Counted from the stretch's first letter, positions 1-14,279 are shown. The stretch is DNA of 64,000 bases from Tubiluchus corallicola (GCA_030141605.1 JAQGDQ010000268.1:81305-145304), one strand, 5' to 3'. Numbers and translations are program-made. Notes: generated from the sequence alone by a model not told the origin.

Positions 1-180
1 TTAAACCAGCCATCTTCCTAGAGGAAATGGCTTCTAGAAGGCAGAAAAGTGGTCTGAAATGCAACAAAATGCATTGTTGTCCGGGTGGACCTCGCTGGGG
101 AGCATTGCATTGTTAGCCCAAATCCCCTAACTGCTTTTCTGTTGGGCCCACAGTTGTTCTGAAACCTGTATCCGCCCCTG
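1..180. mobile_element. Right end of a hAT-like MITE truncated by the window edge
   Basis: Ends in GTATCCGCCCCTG (reverse complement CAGGGGCGGATAC), the same terminus type as the MITE at 33535-33964. Confidence 0.4.
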
Positions 181-1262
181 CAAAATATTTCACTCTTCAC
201 TACAGACCCACACATTTAGACACAGCATGCCAGGAAACTTTACTGGTGGGGCAAAATGACAGACCAAATTTAAATAATCTTCATCTTTTTTCTTTGATTT
301 TACTTATCAGGTTATCTTATTTGTTAGTGCCTGAAATGGTCGCAGCATGACCAAAATCGGCTACTTATTCCGCCTGTATTTAGTTTGTAAAAGCTCGGCA
401 ACAGCGTTTTGGATCAAACCAAGCTGTTTCTGGTGCATTTATGGCCACTTGGAGGGATGATTTACAGTTTTGGGTAGCATGCGTAAACGATTGAACAAGT
501 AAGTTAGGCTCCGTCGTATGAACACAATTAAACATGTAAACAGTGCCTGAAATGGAAGGGAGACAGCCAGTTGTGCACAGTGTAGGCCGGAAGCCGAAGT
601 GCAGTTCTGCAAAAACACTTCTCCCAGTGGGTCAAATATGACCAACTAGCGGGTCAGTTCTGACCACTAGTGGGGCAAATTGCCTAACCGTTTTCACAGT
701 AAAATCCTTGCAGGATGATTCGCCACAAAATATTTGGACCCAGGTTGTATTGGCCCCATCGGTGACTTGGGCACTATCTATTAAGGAAATATATACGCTA
801 GTGGCCAAATAGATCATTTAGAGGCATAGAGACTCAAGAGATGCACTTGTAAGACTAGGTAAATTTAGACATGTGCAACATATTTCTCATTGCCTAACAT
901 TTTAGAATTTTCATCAGTGACGAGCAGCACTCACTTTTTGGTTGACCCAGGCGAAAAGACACGACAAACAGATCATTTCAAATTCGTCATGAGTAATAAC
1001 AAAAGCTAATAAGTCTTTGACCTATGCGTGAGACAGGCATTTTATTTTAAAGCTATTTAACCCAACAGATAAAGTTGTGTACTGAAATATTCCGTGTAAA
1101 TAAGTTTCAGGAAATAACTAGGGCTCTGTTTCATGTATAGTTGTGCATGGCTTACACATTTAGGCCTTAACCCATAATCAGCTCTTAGAGGGGGAATACA
1201 AAAACGAGTAGTAGACTAACAATACAGGACGATTCGTTATATAAAAGTATTGCTAAATCCAA

Positions 1263-1616
1263 TGGAGAATCTGTCAGGCTCTCAATATTAATTATTTTAG
1301 TGTAAAAGCTTGTGCGTTTCGCAGTCTGCGTTCTTGGAGATGATCGGAGCAAATTGGAAATTCACATGACCTCAACCTCGCCAAGCACAGTGGATCTTGG
1401 AGAAAGCGGGAAAGGCAGAGTGATGCTAATGTGATCTAATGTGATCCAAGAAAGAATACAACACTAATCAGTATTCAAAACACAAGCTTGTGAGCCAGCA
1501 AGCTGCGTTGGAAGATCTCAGTTGAGTTGACTCTGATCTCCTCGAGTGTCTGATCATGGCCCTCAACAGGCTGTGCTAGATTCACGAGGCTGCCACGTTA
1601 AATGACAGATTCTCCA
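1263..1616. mobile_element. Non-autonomous DNA transposon (MITE) with 14-bp TIR and 3-bp TSD
   Basis: Perfect inverted repeat TGGAGAATCTGTCA / TGACAGATTCTCCA flanked by CAA on both sides (1260-1262, 1617-1619). Confidence 0.75.
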
Positions 1617-3641
1617 CAAATTTAAAAATACATTGATATAATAAATTCTTCTGTACTACTGCTACTACTTATTGCTTCACCAGCAAAATTTTTTGTTACA
1701 CCTGTATGATTGCAAATAAGGAGTCTCTTGTGGTATTATTAATGTAGACAATGCGATTAGGAGTACGATGTTCGCTTTACCATCAGTGATCGGTTTACCA
1801 TCCTGAACATCCTTAACACCATAATCATAATCACCATCACAGTTATCACCATTAACAGTGCTATAATATGTGTCATTTTGGCATACATGTGAGAAAAAAC
1901 GTTTCACATTGGGGGAGGAAACCTTGGCCTTATAGGCCTAATTTGATGCACCCCACAGGCCTTAATCTTAAAAGAATGAAATAAACTAGTAACTTCATTA
2001 GGTGATTGTTCTGTAAGTAAAAGAAACCCATTAAAAAGCGCCGCTAGTTAATAGTCATTATCCATAACAATAGATTACGATATTGCCTGCTTGTAGCAAG
2101 CCGCGTGACGGCCAAACAAAGAATTTTGAAATTAATGACTACTCGTGGCGCACGTGTCAAATGAGTCATTGCCATAGATTATGGTCATGGCGTCCACGCG
2201 CCATCTGGCGTTGAACATGGAGCAACAATCAAATCGAGGAACCTAAAACATGGACAGCGAATGAAAATCAATTGTTAAGAGCCATCCAGGGCAGTAGTTA
2301 TTACCACCTGCATAAATTTTCGTCAACTGCGCAGAGGAAGTTATGAAATTCGGTGACTGCGCAGACCATTATTATGTGTGTCACGACGGAAGCCGTGCAT
2401 TTTCATGTCGTTTTCTTTACTAGGGATAATTTTGCAGCCCCGACGGAGAAAACCGAGACTGAAATCATCGTTAAATCTGCACGTATTGATTGCTTGAATG
2501 TAGGTCACGCTAAATCCCAGACGCCGGGAACGAAGCCCGACTTTTTTATTATTGCGCAGGCGATTCAATTGTGTACTTTCACTACGCTTTAACGACGGGT
2601 TTTTTCACTCGTGCAGATTTAGAGCACTACCTAATTAACGTTATAAGGCAATAACATGTGCCGAGAAAATTTATTTCGTCAGCAGAAAATGTGTCGTTGC
2701 CAATTACCGCGCCGGAGCAGAATAATTGTTGTTATTGGACGTTTTATTATTGGAAAAAATATTAGCTAAAAGTAATTGAGCACGAGAAGGCAACAATACG
2801 CTTTAATATCCTTTCTATCGCATCATACATGCAAGCTACACTGAGTAAAGTCTTGCTGGTCGGAGAACTTTTCTGCCGTCTGTTTTGGTAACAGTTCACT
2901 GTTCAAAGTTGTATCAGTGGTATCTCCGGTGTCTTTTTGCCTTCTCAATCGCCTTTATAGTGTCCTTTGTAACGCTGGTATAACGCGCAAATAAATAGAT
3001 TTATTCGCAAACAATAATAGATAACTGGAGCAGAACAGATAAATGAAGTGAAAGAAACGGAAAGGCATGCGTAATAGCGACACATCACCCTGTTTATCAT
3101 TTGTTTATTTGTTTGTGCATGTGTATGTACGTAGGTATTTTTTGTTTCTTATTTATTTGTTTGTATGTATGCTTCTGTGTTTGTTTGTTTCTTTATTTAT
3201 TATTATTGATCTTCCTCATAAATTTTATGCGTTCACCTTTCCTGCTTTTTTATGATTATGCTTGTTTCAATATTAATAAATTTATTAATTCAATTATCCA
3301 TTTCATGTGGTTAAATATTTAAGAACAAATACTTTCTTAAAAAGGTTGAATTATGGTATTTTGTATGATAAGGGTAAATACGATTTAATTTACAAAACTT
3401 GTGAATATACGACTACTATAGCTCTCCTTAGACGTAAAACTTAAGCATTTTGTTCCGTAAAGAAACTATTGTTCACACTAACAATTTTCTTAAAGTATAT
3501 AGAGCAAAGATAAGTGCAAGATATGCAGAACAACGATCTTATAGTAACTCTGTGATATTACTAACAGACTTTTTTGATTTTTTGAAATTCAATTAAAGAT
3601 TTCTGAACAACAGTTTGATTTGTTAAGAGATGTTTAACATA

Positions 3642-3645
<4 letters not shown>

Positions 3646-3719
<74 letters not shown>

Positions 3720-3750
3720 CGTGCGCGCGTGTGCGCGCGTGTGTGTGTGT
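3646..3750. repeat. (TG)n / (CG)-interrupted microsatellite
   Basis: Directly visible. Confidence 0.97.
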
Positions 3751-4279
3751 TAAGTTGCTACTGATCTGTATTACAATGTCAAACGTTTAGAACTAATAGA
3801 AAAACTCGCTCAATAAAATGAAGCAACAAAAACACTTACTTACATACAGCTTAAAAAGAAACTGAGCAAAGGCAATACAAAACCAATCTTATAAGAAGTG
3901 CATTATTAAAAATACAGCATAATCCGAAACACCTATGAGTGAGCTTAATTTTAGGATTTTAATGATTTACTTTTTGGTGTTATTTAATTAATTAAAGCTT
4001 CAACTTTCTAAAGATGCAGGCCGGTAGACTTATCTGACACTATTAGCTTAGCGATTGTCGATTTTCGAAATGTCATCTAAAAGGTAATTTTCACACATTC
4101 TATAAATATCTCGAATGACGCAAGACACGTATCGGGAAAGAAAATCGCCATTAGAGCAAATAAGCCGAGACGTTACACTTGCGTCATTCTTCCGGTGAAA
4201 TATAAACAAAATTGTTTTTTACTTCTTGCCGGCATTAAAATGTTTCCGACAGTGAGATACGCTGTATCAGGAACCAAAC

Positions 4280-4845
4280 AGACATTACCTTACTAAAAAC
4301 AACCTAAAATGCACACTCGTACTATAAAAAATAACATTCCGTTTAATTCGTGCAAGCAATTAAACCGTCGAACAATAAATTTACAACAAATACAAACACG
4401 TATTAAATTTGGACACCAGTCACTGAGTAAATTGACAATAGATCTCTGGAATTCCCTGCCAACTAAAATTAAAACAGAAATACATAAATACAAATTCTCT
4501 TACAAAACAATTAACTATTTTTATTTAATAAACTGAATTTCTCAATGTTTGTCTATTGCGTATTTTGTATATTTCGTAAATTTCTTTACTATTTGTAATC
4601 ATGTAAATTTTTAATTTAATACAAAATGTTTGTGCATTGTGTATTATTTTGTGTGCATTTTGTAATTTTTCCAATTTATTTATATATTATAGTTTCAATT
4701 TAGTTTTAAGTGTATGACACCATTGCTTTTATCAGTTTTTCTAAACTGGTTATAAACAAGTCTTAATGTAAATATGATTCTAGTTTTGTTTACCTTGTAT
4801 GTAACATATTTAGCAATAAAGAATACTAATAAAATAAAATAATAA
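4280..4845 (+). mobile_element. 3' fragment of a CR1/L2-clade LINE
   Basis: ORF remnant HTR...TRIKFGHQSLSKLTIDLWNSLPTKIK (WNSLP motif typical of CR1/L2 ORF2 C-termini), followed by a T-rich UTR and AATAAA-rich tail. Confidence 0.65.
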
Positions 4846-5357
4846 TACGCTGGGTTTCATTGATCCTGATGATTCCAAAATGATGATGACAAAAATTGCA
4901 ACACTTAAATTACTTACGGTAGTAAAACATAGCAAAAAATCTCAAAACCTGTCAAAACATGGCATAACCTCTCAAGTAAAATTTGCGCGCACACGGCAGC
5001 TTATGTATGAAACATTTTTTCTATATTCACTAGATGACAGGTGACCAAACTGATTGCTTTTTGTTGGTCTTATTAAAGTTTTGTATAATGTATATGACAC
5101 GAATTGTTCTACCAAGCACCCACACGGGTGCACGTGGGAATTTGTGTGAAACAAAATTTAACGCGCCTAATAAAAAACAGTGTACGGCAAAGCTGGAAGA
5201 ACGAGCATGCACACGAGCAAAATGCACGTGTCATACAAATTGTTGCACACAGATTTTTGCCTCGTGCGTGTCAGGGGAAAAATTCCAGAGTAGATGAGTT
5301 TGACTTATGGCAAGTAGGCTAAAGCATGAATATTGCTATAACGAGAGAGCACATCGT

Positions 5358-5560
5358 AAACTGTCTTTGTGAGCCAAATTTTCAAAGGCAGTGGCAGCTG
5401 ATAAGACTGTTTGGAAACCAGCAGCTAGGTGGGATGCACAGCATTTCAAAACAAGAAACTAGAATAATGACGGTAATACATGTACCTGGCAATTGTAATC
5501 GTGTATTTGTGTGTTTGTCTGTTTGTTTGCTTTCTTGTCTGTCTGTCTGTGTGTCTGTCT
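5358..5560. repeat. Dispersed repeat copy 1 with downstream GTCT/GTTT microsatellite
   Basis: 5358-5420 matches 6489-6551 at 55 of 63 positions by hand alignment. Confidence 0.7.
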
Positions 5561-6488
5561 ATCTATGCACAAACGCACGTAACTGAATTGAGAATGAGAA
5601 CATCAGAAATCCATAATTAGGCACACCTAATACACTCGCCCTGACAGACACACAGCTCTGAATAAATTATTGGCCCAAAAATAACTTCAGAGCATTTTAA
5701 TAGTATTCTTGATCAAAAATTACTTATAACTAAAATTTCATAAGTGTAAAATATTGTTTAAAGTAGACAAACTAAGAAAATAAGTAGATTATAAAAAAGC
5801 CTAGTTCTTAGAAGGAAAATAGAAAACAGAGGAAATAATGACTCAACATGATTATTTCGAACAATTGGTTCTTTCACGAAGTTCAAGAGCAGAAAGTTTT
5901 GGAAACAGAAAAAGAAATGACAAGGAGCCAATCACGAGTAACTTGTTAATGCAATCTCTTGTTGGTATTCATAATGGCATTTTCATGCCAGTTTAGCCTG
6001 GAAGAAATACTTCACGAGTGAAAACTAGAAAAGGTTACCGCCCAGGTTCTTAACATGATAAAAGCATTTGAGACTATTAAAAGGAAAGAATGTAATATAA
6101 CATAAAGCGTTATATAATATAATGTAATATAACCCAGCATTAAATGACCATATAGATATCATTCTAATTCATACTGGACATATCATTCAGCTGGGTATCA
6201 TTTGGCTGAAAATTGTTAAGCGATATTGGAAATCTCTTATTTCAATGCTGCATGCCAATGGCACTTCTTATTCATCAAACAAATGCAGAAAAATAAGTAT
6301 AAAAAATAAGGAAAAAATACGTTTCCGAAACGAACAAAACGCAAACAGAGCCATATCACACTCAATATGGTGGTTATGATTTCTGGATAAAATCTAAATG
6401 CCTGGCAGCTGGTCAGACAGACAAAAATCTAACTCTTCGAGTTTAAGCCTACTCAACTCAACTCTTACAAGGATGCTCGACATGGCAA

Positions 6489-6552
6489 AAACTGTTTTTG
6501 TGAACCAGACTTTCTAAGGCAATGGCAGCTGTTAAGATTGTTTGGAAACCAA

Positions 6553-6596
<44 letters not shown>

Positions 6597-6597
6597 G
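6489..6597. repeat. Dispersed repeat copy 2 with (GTCT)n
   Basis: Direct repeat of 5358-5420 followed by (GTCT)11. Confidence 0.75.
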
Positions 6598-8193
6598 CTT
6601 TTTTCAGTTAAGAGAATGTCAACATGAATCAACGTAGGGGACGAGGGAAATAAATGAGTAGTCTTTGCGTACACTTTGCGACTAAAGGTAAGCAAATCAG
6701 TCCTGGTCAGTGAATAGATTGGTGGGGTGATAAAACTGTTGCTTGGGTGAGTTCATCTGCCATGTGCTGTCAGCTATTACATTGTTGAGGAAAGATCCAA
6801 ATGTGCCAAAGGTCTCTGCTTTGGTATCTACTTTTTAAGCGTTGCATCTTTGACAACGACAGCAAAATTACCGTCTAGCCGCATTAAATAGGCCCCGTGT
6901 GAACGCTGCACCTGAGCTTGCACACAGCCAAACTGTATTTTATGCTATTATAAAAAAGCACATTCCATTCTGTAATACCCACACACATTAGCACACCTCT
7001 GATCTAAAAAACGTGAAATTGGCGTTATTTAAATCTGGCTTTTGGTACAGTTGTAACTTCAGTATGTGCTTTCCTACAAAGTTTTATGGCTAAACGCTTT
7101 TGACAACGCGAACACCATAACAGTTCTTTTAAAACATTAATGATGATGAACGTAGGGAACAGTGCTCGAAAAATTTTATTGCAGAAACGGGGTTTTCTGA
7201 AAATTTACTCCCCATACTTGTAAAACCGAAAACCGTTTGTCAGTTTATTCTTGTAATGTAGGTGTGCCCTGACAAAACAACGGCAGAGTAACCGTTGCTG
7301 TTACATGCAACAATGGCTTCATGACATGCCTCACGTTTTCACTGGCTTCTTTTTTCTGCTTGCAGTTCAATTACCTCGCTATATTTGTTTGTAGGATAAG
7401 CAGAGGTCGTCTAGACTTCATATACTAGACGTCAATAACACAGCCACGCGCTGCTGCTGCGTTCTGAAGCAGTAAAGCTCAATTAGACTAACAGGCGGTT
7501 ATATAACCTGTGATACATTATAAAAGCATTTATAGAGCAGTGATGCAGTCGCTACAAAATTTATATGACTTTTAAAACCATTCACGAGCGTCTTCTGTAG
7601 GTAGAAAAGAGAAACATTTGCACATAGATTAAACCAAACAAAACCTGTAAAGTAGCAGTTATATTATTTTATATTTTTGTAGGAGCACGACATGACAACT
7701 GCTGTGAGTTCGGGTACTCGGTTCACCTCAGTGCAAGCAAAAACCCAGTACTCAATGCAGGCCATAAAGAATTGTAGTAGGACCGCAATTTAGCTATTTA
7801 TCACCAATAATTCTACAAAGACAGAATTAGCTCGAGGCAGACTCAGGCAATGTGGCAGGTGAAACCATCCAGTTGTCCGAGTCTTGTCTATCTATTTGCT
7901 AGACAGGTTTCGCGTTGCTTAACTTCGTAGCGAAGCACACCGTGAGTTCTCGGCTATACCAGTTGTTCTAGTTGCACTAAAGTGAGGTAAACTGCTGATG
8001 TGCTATCATATAATTATACTAAACGCATTTCTGCATCTAAAAAGCTAGGCCATGAAATCTACATCCGGCATACATGCATAAGTCACGTGTTTTAAAACAA
8101 GTCTAGATGATTGCATTTTAGCATCAGTGATTCTGGCCACGGTCCATCTAACCTTCGTTGATTAACAATGACAGCAACTAATGTCACAGGAAA

Positions 8194-8410
<217 letters not shown>

Positions 8411-8522
8411 CCCTTCTGGGAACTGGAGATTTGATATTAACTAAGAACTAAAAGAGACTTTGCCAGCGAACAGGAAACAGAAGAAACCCTAAAGAAAACA
8501 GTGAAAGCTTTACTCTTCTTGA

Positions 8523-8565
8523 AGATGGTGATGATGAAATGAAAGTGATGATGATGACGATGATA

Positions 8566-8601
<36 letters not shown>

Positions 8602-8703
8602 CTACTGCTGCTGATGGTGATGATGATGACGACGATGATGGTGGTGATGATGATGACGACGATGCGGATGTAGAAGAAGTAGCAACAGTGTTGATGGTGA
8701 TGA
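8523..8703. repeat. Imperfect (GAT)n trinucleotide repeat
   Basis: Directly visible. Confidence 0.95.
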
Positions 8704-10622
8704 TTAGCACGATGGTTGAACAAACCTTAAAATAAGGAAATCTGCGAATAGATGAGTTTTTACAACTGCAAGAGCACGTATCTCCTTTCAAATGCAACGA
8801 AGAATCAATAATGGCGTTACGTAACGCGCAGGGCGTGCAAAGTTCGTAGGGGCTGCCATTCGCCGGTCACAGACAACAAAGAGCTTTTCAGTTCTCAAGC
8901 AGCGACAGTAAAATACGGTCTTTTCTACGCCAAGTCCCGTGTTTGCCACGTTCAGTAAACTAGATTACGTTAAATTTTATCAAAATTTCCAGTGTGCTGT
9001 CAGTGTGTCACGCCAGTGGAGACCTTGCTATGAGCTCTGCAAGCCTTTAACGGACAATAAGCGACATTTTAAAAGCAGAGACATTATTTGTATGAAGATG
9101 AGCATTTCGGCATTAAAATATTTAAAATTATCATAAGCTATTAATTGTAATCATAAGCCACGAAGGAAATTTTAAATGTTTAAATATCGATTTCTATTTT
9201 CTTATTGTATGAATCATGTACATTTCTTTTGCAAATAATTATTACTTCCCGTGTTTTTTGGCTGACCAATTCGAAAAATAAACGTTCTGTGAGATGACGC
9301 AAACGGCATCCTAGAATAATGGTTTGACTCCTAAATAACCTCCAAAACGGTTTGATGACCAAAAAAATTGCTCACAACATATTATCCATTATTTTTCAGT
9401 TTAGTGCTCCACAAGCCAGAATCTAGCATTCAACAGCAAGGTTTACTTAATGCAAATGATTGAACGGGACCAGGACCTAGTTCACTGTCAATAGCTATCC
9501 TCAGTTTTAAGATGAAACGATGTTACTTTGCTAAGGTGGCGCAGTCACGTCTGGATATATCCTTTCGGACATTCCCATAATCTGACGAGGCGAATAACCT
9601 AAGGGAGGCTGACAGGTCACCCAGAAACAATTTTGGCATCATCCTTACTGACTGGGCTTGACACTGTTTGCCGACCGTCGATAACACCAACCGCTAACCT
9701 GTACCCAAAGAAGGTTTACTATCGGCTATTCGCGCCTCCCAGGTGTATAACTCTGTTTAGTATAAGAACTAGCAGCCTCGTGCTCCTGCAAAAAATAACA
9801 AAAACTATTAATGTATTAATTAGTAATAGGTCAGACAAAAAATCGAATCTATCTATTAATATATCAACTTATTAATATCGTGTCTGCTAGCCACGAGGTA
9901 CGATTGTATCGTGTCACAAACGTTTATTCTAATTAGTTTGGGTCTTAAGGAAGCACGAAGCTTCAGTGTTATTGTAAAATTTTGCTACGGTGTTGTTGTA
10001 TCTGGCACTTTTTACTCTTTCTTTTGTGTCTTTTATTTTCTATTGATTCTGTGCTTTTGCATAAATAAATAAAAGCCACACGTGATGAAAATACAAAGTC
10101 ACCAATTTGTTATAAATTAGTGACCTGTAATTACTAAAAAATTATATTTTTTTTATAAAAATTATTATTATAAATTAGTAACTGCGCATTTTCATTGTTA
10201 TGTGTTTTATGTGCTTTTTAGTGCGTATGTTAACTTCGTAACATACAAACAATCGTATTTAGCGACCGTTTGTGCTTTTTCTTTTTTAACACAGAGAACT
10301 CAGAAGGGCGTTATGTTCCCGTATATAGATCCGCTAAACTTTAGTCATCAGGTTCCCAAAAATCTATGAGCGAAATACTAATAGGCTCAAGCTTCTCGGC
10401 GTGTTGAAAATCGTCGTCTAGATGGAGCCACGGTGATGACCACAGAGCCAGTTACAAATAAGCAAAGATTTTATTTCAGATTATTTAATTCACCTTATTG
10501 GACATCACTTTTTTTATTTCTGATTAGTGACTAAATGATATTGAATCAACTGTTCCACTATAAACCAGCTTACCAACAAAAGTATTGTATAATAGTCCGA
10601 AAGGTGAAGCATCGGGTTACCC

Positions 10623-10993
10623 GCAGGGAGGGATTATGACCTTTTGGGGCACTAAACTAATGAAAATATGAGCCCTCCTCAGACTCCGCCTTCTAACTAA
10701 CTCGCTCGCACCCGTCTTCAACATTTTTACTCGTGATATATTTTAATGACATTTACATATCTTGAAGTAAACTTATTGTAAATTCTTTGAATAAACCAGA
10801 CGAGCTATCTTTTGTTTGTCAATAAAAATATTCTTTAAAAGTTATCACTATTTTACTACTCATGGCAAAGCAAATTAACACAAAATACTTCAACCGTAGT
10901 CAAAAAACAAATTTTTTACCAATTGTTGCCAAACCTTGAGTGGCCTCTGGCCTAGGTTGCAGCCTGTGCTAGCCCTAAGGATAATCTGGCCTT
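10623..10993. mobile_element. Degenerate hAT-like MITE
   Basis: Imperfect termini CAGGGAGGGATTAT / ATAATCTGGCCTTG. Confidence 0.45.
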
Positions 10994-11194
10994 GGTTTTT
11001 CGCTAAAATTTAGTTTCTTCTGTCCAACTGCCAGCACATATGATTTATAATCATGGAAAGTGCTACCTTTACAAACTGAGCTGCGGCTTTTTAAAAACAG
11101 CAAAACACCCCGAGCTTTTTTAACTGACTTGTCTTTTCATCGCTGCTCGCTACACCCGCAAGCTTATTTCGGTCATGGGGCAACTTTACTCTGT

Positions 11195-11510
11195 TCCTTT
11201 CATTCTTTTGCTCTTTCTTTTTCCTCCTCTCCTCCTCTCTCCTCTCCTCCCCTCTCCTCTTCCCTCCTCTCTCTCTCTGTTTCTTTCTTTCGGCTGTCTT
11301 CACCCTTCCATATTTCTTTCTTCCCCTCTCCCTCTTCTCTGCCTTTTCCCTCTTCTCTTCTCTCTCTTGGTTCCCTTCCTCCCTCCCTCTCTCTCTCCTC
11401 CTCTTTCTGTCTACTCTCTCTTTCTCTCGCTCTCTCTTTATCTTTCTCTCTATCTTTTCTTTCTCTCTCTTTTTCCCTCACGTTCCCCCCTCTCTGTCTC
11501 CTTCTCTCTC
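11195..11510. repeat. CT-rich polypyrimidine low-complexity tract
   Basis: Directly visible; explains the four overlapping spurious ORFs. Confidence 0.9.
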
Positions 11511-11826
11511 GTTTTAGTGCTTTGCCTTGTACAGTTCGCAATATGTGTGTAATTACTGTGGCAATACGTTGTCGACGTCGTCTACTTACACATAAAATTT
11601 TTCTTATTGAAACTAAAGTCAAACAACGATGTCGGATGGAAATAAATTTTCAGAGAAACGAATACTTAGTAATACCCTAGTAAGTGGCCAAATTCCAGGG
11701 CATGACGATATAAAAAATTTGGCTGAATGATAGCATCACTAGCAGTTAGCAGGTTATGGGCACGTGTTTACAATTGCCATATAATCCGATTTTGTGAAAT
11801 TTAGAACGTATTGTTTACCCAATAAT

Positions 11827-12323
11827 TAGTGTTGCTCCGGATACACTTTTTGCCGGATAGCGAATACCGGATATCATCAAATATTTCCTCAAATTGACTT
11901 CCGGTTTCAGATTAGTACCGGATAGGTTACTAAATTCGGATCGAACATGCGGATTAGTTCGGATAATGAAAAATTAGTGAATGTTTGCAAACTTTAGCGT
12001 TTTCATTCAGTCTATCATCTTAAAGGACCTGCCCAAAGATACACCGTATTACCGCACACAAACGAAAAAAGATGTGTGTAAAATTTTCGTCTTGAAAACA
12101 CAAACATAGGTAAAGTTTTTGGTATTATTTTATTTATTTATTTATTTTTGGCTGTTAAATTATTCAAAAACCATTTGCAATTGCACATTACGAAAACCGA
12201 ATAGCAAATATGTGCGAATATCAAATTTTTATAACTACTGAGTAATATCGGATACGAATACCTGCAAAATTTTGCGAATATCACCATTTTCGGTTAAGAA
12301 ATCGGATACCCGAAGCAACACTA
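11827..12323. mobile_element. hAT-like MITE
   Basis: TIR TAGTGTTGCTCCGG / CCGAAGCAACACTA, subterminal CGGATA/CGAATA repeats, degenerate 8-bp TSD CCAATAAT / CTACTAAT. Confidence 0.75.
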
Positions 12324-13902
12324 CTACTAATGAGTAAATGGCAAAGTTTTGTATTACATCAATAAGAAAAGCATCATGGCGAAAACGAAATCGGCTCTGT
12401 AGAGTTATTCCCAAGCGAGTACCCAATAACTGACCAAAGGCCATTTAGTATTCCATCGTGATACTTACTGGAATTAGTGATGGAATTAATCATTATTTAA
12501 TTCCAATTAAAGTCGCCGGCCTTTCCTCATGTTTACCTACTACCTAATGCTGGTGAGGTGTTGGTAACGATGAGGTGGTGGCGACGAAGACAATTATGAC
12601 AGGATGGTTACAATGATGGTGGTAGTGATGATGATAATGATGAGGACGACGTCGATTGTAAGCTATACAGCATACAAAACATTCAAAAAAGTTATTATAT
12701 AATTTTAGCAAATTTGATTAATGAATTTCCCTAGACCTAGCTTTTTCAATTTGACCTGGGCCTAGGCCTTTCAGCATTCAACACTAAATAGTTTGAATCT
12801 CAGTGGTTAATTTATTGCACCAACTGACAAATTCATTACAGCTAGTTACAGTCAATATTTACTAGGCTGAGTATATTTGTTGTTTACCATATCAACATAA
12901 TCATTCTACCAATATCCTATAAAGTATACTGACCAGACGAACTGTAACTAAACCTGTAAGGTGAGTCACTCCCACTAACCTAAGTTTAATAAATTATGTA
13001 GGCAATAAAACGAAAAACTGTAACCTGTTCTGTGAGTCATTAACATCTCACATTTTTGCCATATTCTCTATGCTTTATATGCCAGTATACAACAAAGGAA
13101 TCTGCACTGCTTTGGGAAACAGTAAGTACATCTTTTACATGTTCAGGTTTAATACTAGTCTACTTAGTACTAGTACTATGTTTAGTACTTAGCCTATTGT
13201 TGGATTGAATTATTGTAGTGTACTGTCTACTGGGTAGCCAGCGCGTATAAGAACAAGCATCTGTTAGCTGATTGAGTAAGAAACTAGCCCTCTTTAGGCC
13301 TTTGGCGATATGTTTAAAAACGATGCATAGCCATAACGCTGCTATTAATTATTAAGGTGATCTACAGACAACAGTGCTTTTAAAATAGCTCACCACTTAT
13401 CAAATCTTACAGTCATATTTTCTGATGACATAAGGTCAGGGAGCTGTAATTTGACTATAAAAGCCTATACGTACGAGAAGGTTAAAATTAATTTTAATGA
13501 TCAGCTTAATGAGTATTTTGTTAATTAGTCACTGCACGCTGTAATCTAATATTTAAATCAGTCGGTCCTGAGCAGATAATCAGTTTAGTTTAGTAGGGCA
13601 ACTCACTATGCAAAAAACATTCGGCTATCAAATAAACAAGGCAGCGATTATAATCGTTTTCCCGGATTTAAATAATTTATTTACAACAGAACTACTAAAT
13701 TATGTTTCATTAAAAGGGAAATTTTAAAGTATATGCCAAAGAATTTTCCACACAAAGTTATATTAGTTAACACTACGCTTGTCGAAAACGCTTAATTTTA
13801 CCACTCGAAACATAAAGTCAAGCTGAAACGAGTTTCGGCACCATGTCGAAAACGCTTAAAGCAAAACCGGACCCAATCTTAAACTGTAGGTCAGGACAAT
13901 CT

Positions 13903-14279
13903 TGTTGTTGTTGGCATCCTTCTGTCTCGGAAGACAATGGAATGTGCGCCAAGATCCTTGAACGTCTCCAGTGCGCACGCCTGGGCAAGGTGTATGGAGA
14001 TCCTGAGTTGCCCGGACCGCAGGAACCCCCTCTCTTCCTCCCTGGTGTAGTCCAAAGGAAAGCGGAGCGATACGTTTGGCACCAGGTTGGCTGCAGGAGC
14101 TGCCGGAGTCAGTGAGCATGCTGCACTGGTCCGCCTTCGGGGCTCCACTCCTGATTTGGAAGGTTTACTCCTCTACACATGGCCGTTGGGTCACTTGACC
14201 TCCTCTGCCCTCTAGCCGTTGGCTGCTTGTGCAACTCCTCCGCCTAGTGTCGAGATACAGTGTGGGCATCCCGCACAAA
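13903..14279 (-). mobile_element. Short non-autonomous RTE-derived retroelement (5' UTR-like part joined to RTE 3' end)
   Basis: GC-rich island; minus strand ends CCATTGTCTTCCGAGACAGAAGGATGCC(AAC)n, resembling RTE/BovB-type 3' ends; TSD ACAATCT at 13896-13902 and 14280-14286. Confidence 0.75.

Noticed and set aside
6700-8050. Exon-like GC-richer patches after ttgtag acceptors
   Set aside because: All frames hit stops quickly and no motif was recognised; possibly a decayed transposon gene, but unsupported
11060-11680. 206-aa ORF and overlapping ORFs
   Set aside because: Open only because the CT-rich tract lacks stop codons; no domain or splice support
13843-14148. Three overlapping 85-90 aa ORFs
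   Set aside because: By-product of high GC in the RTE-derived element; no protein motif
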